Part shown: piece after piece, positions 62,357 through 64,000 of the stretch
Numbering within the stretch: position 1 is the stretch's first letter
Layout: the number at the start of each line of letters is the position of its first letter
Assembly: GCA_047285805.1 (NCBI GenBank)
Contig: JBJBCN010000002.1
Coordinates: 288,001-352,000 of the forward strand
Source of the DNA: Synechococcus sp.
Lineage (GTDB): Bacteria; Cyanobacteriota; Cyanobacteriia; PCC-6307; Cyanobiaceae
Length of the DNA: 64,000 bases
Direction of reading: 5' to 3'
Notes under the pieces: model-generated
Told to the model about the DNA's origin: nothing
Seen by the model: only the letters and a program-made list of their open reading frames with translations
Databases searched by the model: none
Position numbers and translations under genes: made by a program

Positions 62357-62887
62357 TTAGGGGGTCGGGTCTGTCTTGGATGGTTGCTGATTGGAATCCG
62401 GTTTGGTTTGCTTCCAGACCACTCGGAGCCTGTTCGGGGCAATCCACTGATCTTGTTCTTGGATCAGCTTTTGTTCTCCGCCCACGCTGAAGAGGCGATC
62501 AAAGCGGTTTTGAGCCTTGAGCAGCTTCGCTTTTTGGATGTCCAATACGGCGGTGACTTCGCCGTAGCGATCGAGGCGTTCCTGGTAGGCGCCGGCCAGT
62601 CGCACCAGGCTGACAACTGCCACCAGGCAAAGGCCAATCTTGAGTGATAGTCCGATCGTGCCGTAGAGCAGCTCTTGAGTGGGACTCGATGCTCGCAGCT
62701 GCTGGGCAGGAGAGGTTTCAACGACGCTCAGCTTGGCGTCTCGCGGTTTACGACCGGCGTGACGCTGGCCCAGGGCAGAATCAGGTTTGTTGCCTTGAGA
62801 AGTTCTGTTCCGATTTGCTGATCGCCTTTGCGATGGCCGGGCAGATCGGGAGGGACTCAAGGGTGTGGATATGTCGGGAGAGACCAA
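62357..62887 (-). CDS. conserved cyanobacterial membrane-anchored protein
   Basis: One TM segment, coiled coil, EQDQWIAPNRLRVVW. Confidence 0.8.
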   Translation of the reverse strand: MVSPDISTPLSPSRSARPSQRRSANRNRTSQGNKPDSALGQRHAGRKPRDAKLSVVETSPAQQLRASSPTQELLYGTIGLSLKIGLCLVAVVSLVRLAGAYQERLDRYGEVTAVLDIQKAKLLKAQNRFDRLFSVGGEQKLIQEQDQWIAPNRLRVVWKQTKPDSNQQPSKTDPTP

Positions 62888-62923
62888 CCGCTTCTAGCAG
62901 TTTGTCTCTCCCGTGCCAAGGGA

Positions 62924-63022
62924 TCAGGCGCGATAGAGGCTGGCGGCGAGACGCACTGCAAGCACGCCAGCGTGGGCGGCCACCACCAGGGCAATCAGAA
63001 CTTCAGCCTGGGTGAGGGACAT
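62924..63022 (-). CDS. psaM: photosystem I subunit XII
   Basis: MSLTQAEVLIALVVAAHAGVLAVRLAASLYRA. Confidence 0.93.
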   Translation of the reverse strand: MSLTQAEVLIALVVAAHAGVLAVRLAASLYRA

Positions 63023-63155
63023 GACCGTCGAGAAAAACACCAACTCATTCTCACGTAGATGTGCGTTCTGGCTAGTGAGAAGGCCTTGGCCTGTCACAGC
63101 TCGACACCCCTGGGTGAGGGCCTCGCTACGGTCAATCGGCACTGCTTAAGGCGTT

Positions 63156-63641
63156 TTGGTGTCTGGTCTGGCTCCTGGAAGCACGGTGTCGATTTCGGCG
63201 CAACAGGTTCAAGACCAGAGCCTCGAGCCCCTTCAGCCTTGGTTTGCATTGGATCCCAAGGACCTGCTGCAGGCCAGCGGCAGTCTCACCCTGGCCTTCG
63301 ATTGGCCGCGCTCGGCTGAGGATCCCCGCGAGCTCTCTGAAATCACTGAGCTGCGTCTCTGGAGCCTGCGTGTTGATGCCCTCTGTCCTTGGCTGCCGAT
63401 CCTGCTCGAGCGCAGTAGTGGTCAGTTGACCCGCCACGTGGCAATGCTGCTGCCCCATCAATTCAGCCGCAGTGATGGGATTCGCTTTGCTCCAGACAGC
63501 CTGGAGCTCTGGATGACCCATCGCCTCTATCTGCTCGATCACTGGTCCCGGGGATACGCCCTGAACTGCCGGGGCAACCTTGAGCAGATGGCTGCGGTGC
63601 TTGGTTTTGAGCTGGACGGCAGCTTCTGGACAGACCACTAG
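63156..63641 (+). CDS. CRR6 family NdhI maturation factor (DUF1817)
   Basis: DPRELSEI.ELRLW, AMLLPHQF, LELW. Confidence 0.88.
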   Translation: MVSGLAPGSTVSISAQQVQDQSLEPLQPWFALDPKDLLQASGSLTLAFDWPRSAEDPRELSEITELRLWSLRVDALCPWLPILLERSSGQLTRHVAMLLPHQFSRSDGIRFAPDSLELWMTHRLYLLDHWSRGYALNCRGNLEQMAAVLGFELDGSFWTDH

Positions 63642-63645
63642 GGGA

Positions 63646-64000
63646 TTAGATCCAGAGCAGCAGGGCTCGCCGGCCTACATCAACGGCCAGCAGGATGCAG
63701 AGCAGTCGGATCAGCCCCACCAGGCGTTGTTCGGACACTTTTTGCAGGTGAGCGGCTGACCACTGGGCGGCTGAGGCGGCTGCGGCCCCGAGGACCAAGC
63801 CGATCAGAAGCTGTGCCCTGCCGTCGCCCCAAAACGTGAGGGCAGCCACCAGGGACGAGGCAAAGACCGCCATCGTGCTCAGCCGGATCGCTAGGTAGAC
63901 CCCCAGCCGTAGGCCGCGCACCATCAGCGGCACCATCACGAGCCCGCCGCCGACCCCGAATAAGCCGCTGGAGAGACCCGCCACCAGGCCGACGCCTATT
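63646..64000 (-). CDS. TauE/SafE (TSUP) family transporter, 3' part
   Basis: AGLSSGLFGVGGGLVMVP; runs off the window edge. Confidence 0.88.
   Translation of the reverse strand, partial: IGVGLVAGLSSGLFGVGGGLVMVPLMVRGLRLGVYLAIRLSTMAVFASSLVAALTFWGDGRAQLLIGLVLGAAAASAAQWSAAHLQKVSEQRLVGLIRLLCILLAVDVGRRALLLWI

Overview
Genomic window from a GC-rich alpha-picocyanobacterium (Synechococcus/Cyanobium group; subcluster 5.2-like is an inference). Bases ~1-11,080 are a lower-GC, gene-poor accessory island abutting the 3' end of tRNA-Pro(TGG). It holds small hypothetical proteins, unannotated microproteins, pseudogenes, a glutamine-II riboswitch and several hairpin-dense non-coding segments, some present as diverged duplicates. 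The rest is mostly core genome: alkB-like, ridA, Fe(III) ABC ATPase, gloB, hisG, htrA, dnaA; a complete alpha-carboxysome/CCM superlocus (csoS1D, ham1, sbtA-like plus a decayed sbtB, csoS1A-rbcL-rbcS-csoS2-csoSCA-csoS4A/B-csoS1E, ferritin-like, ndhF4-ndhD4-cupB, acRAF, cbbX); bioA, bicA; an ion/nitrogen transport block (Ca/Na antiporter, glutamine-I riboswitch with DUF4278, amt1, Rrf2, SLC13, CNNM, KtrB/A); chlN-chlB-chlL, por, psaM, CRR6. The best candidate for something undescribed is a family of large structured RNAs in the island (3306-3782 and ~7495-7747) with neighbouring RNA-like elements and a duplicated single-TM microprotein. All calls come from reading the sequence by eye; no database searches or folding programs were run.
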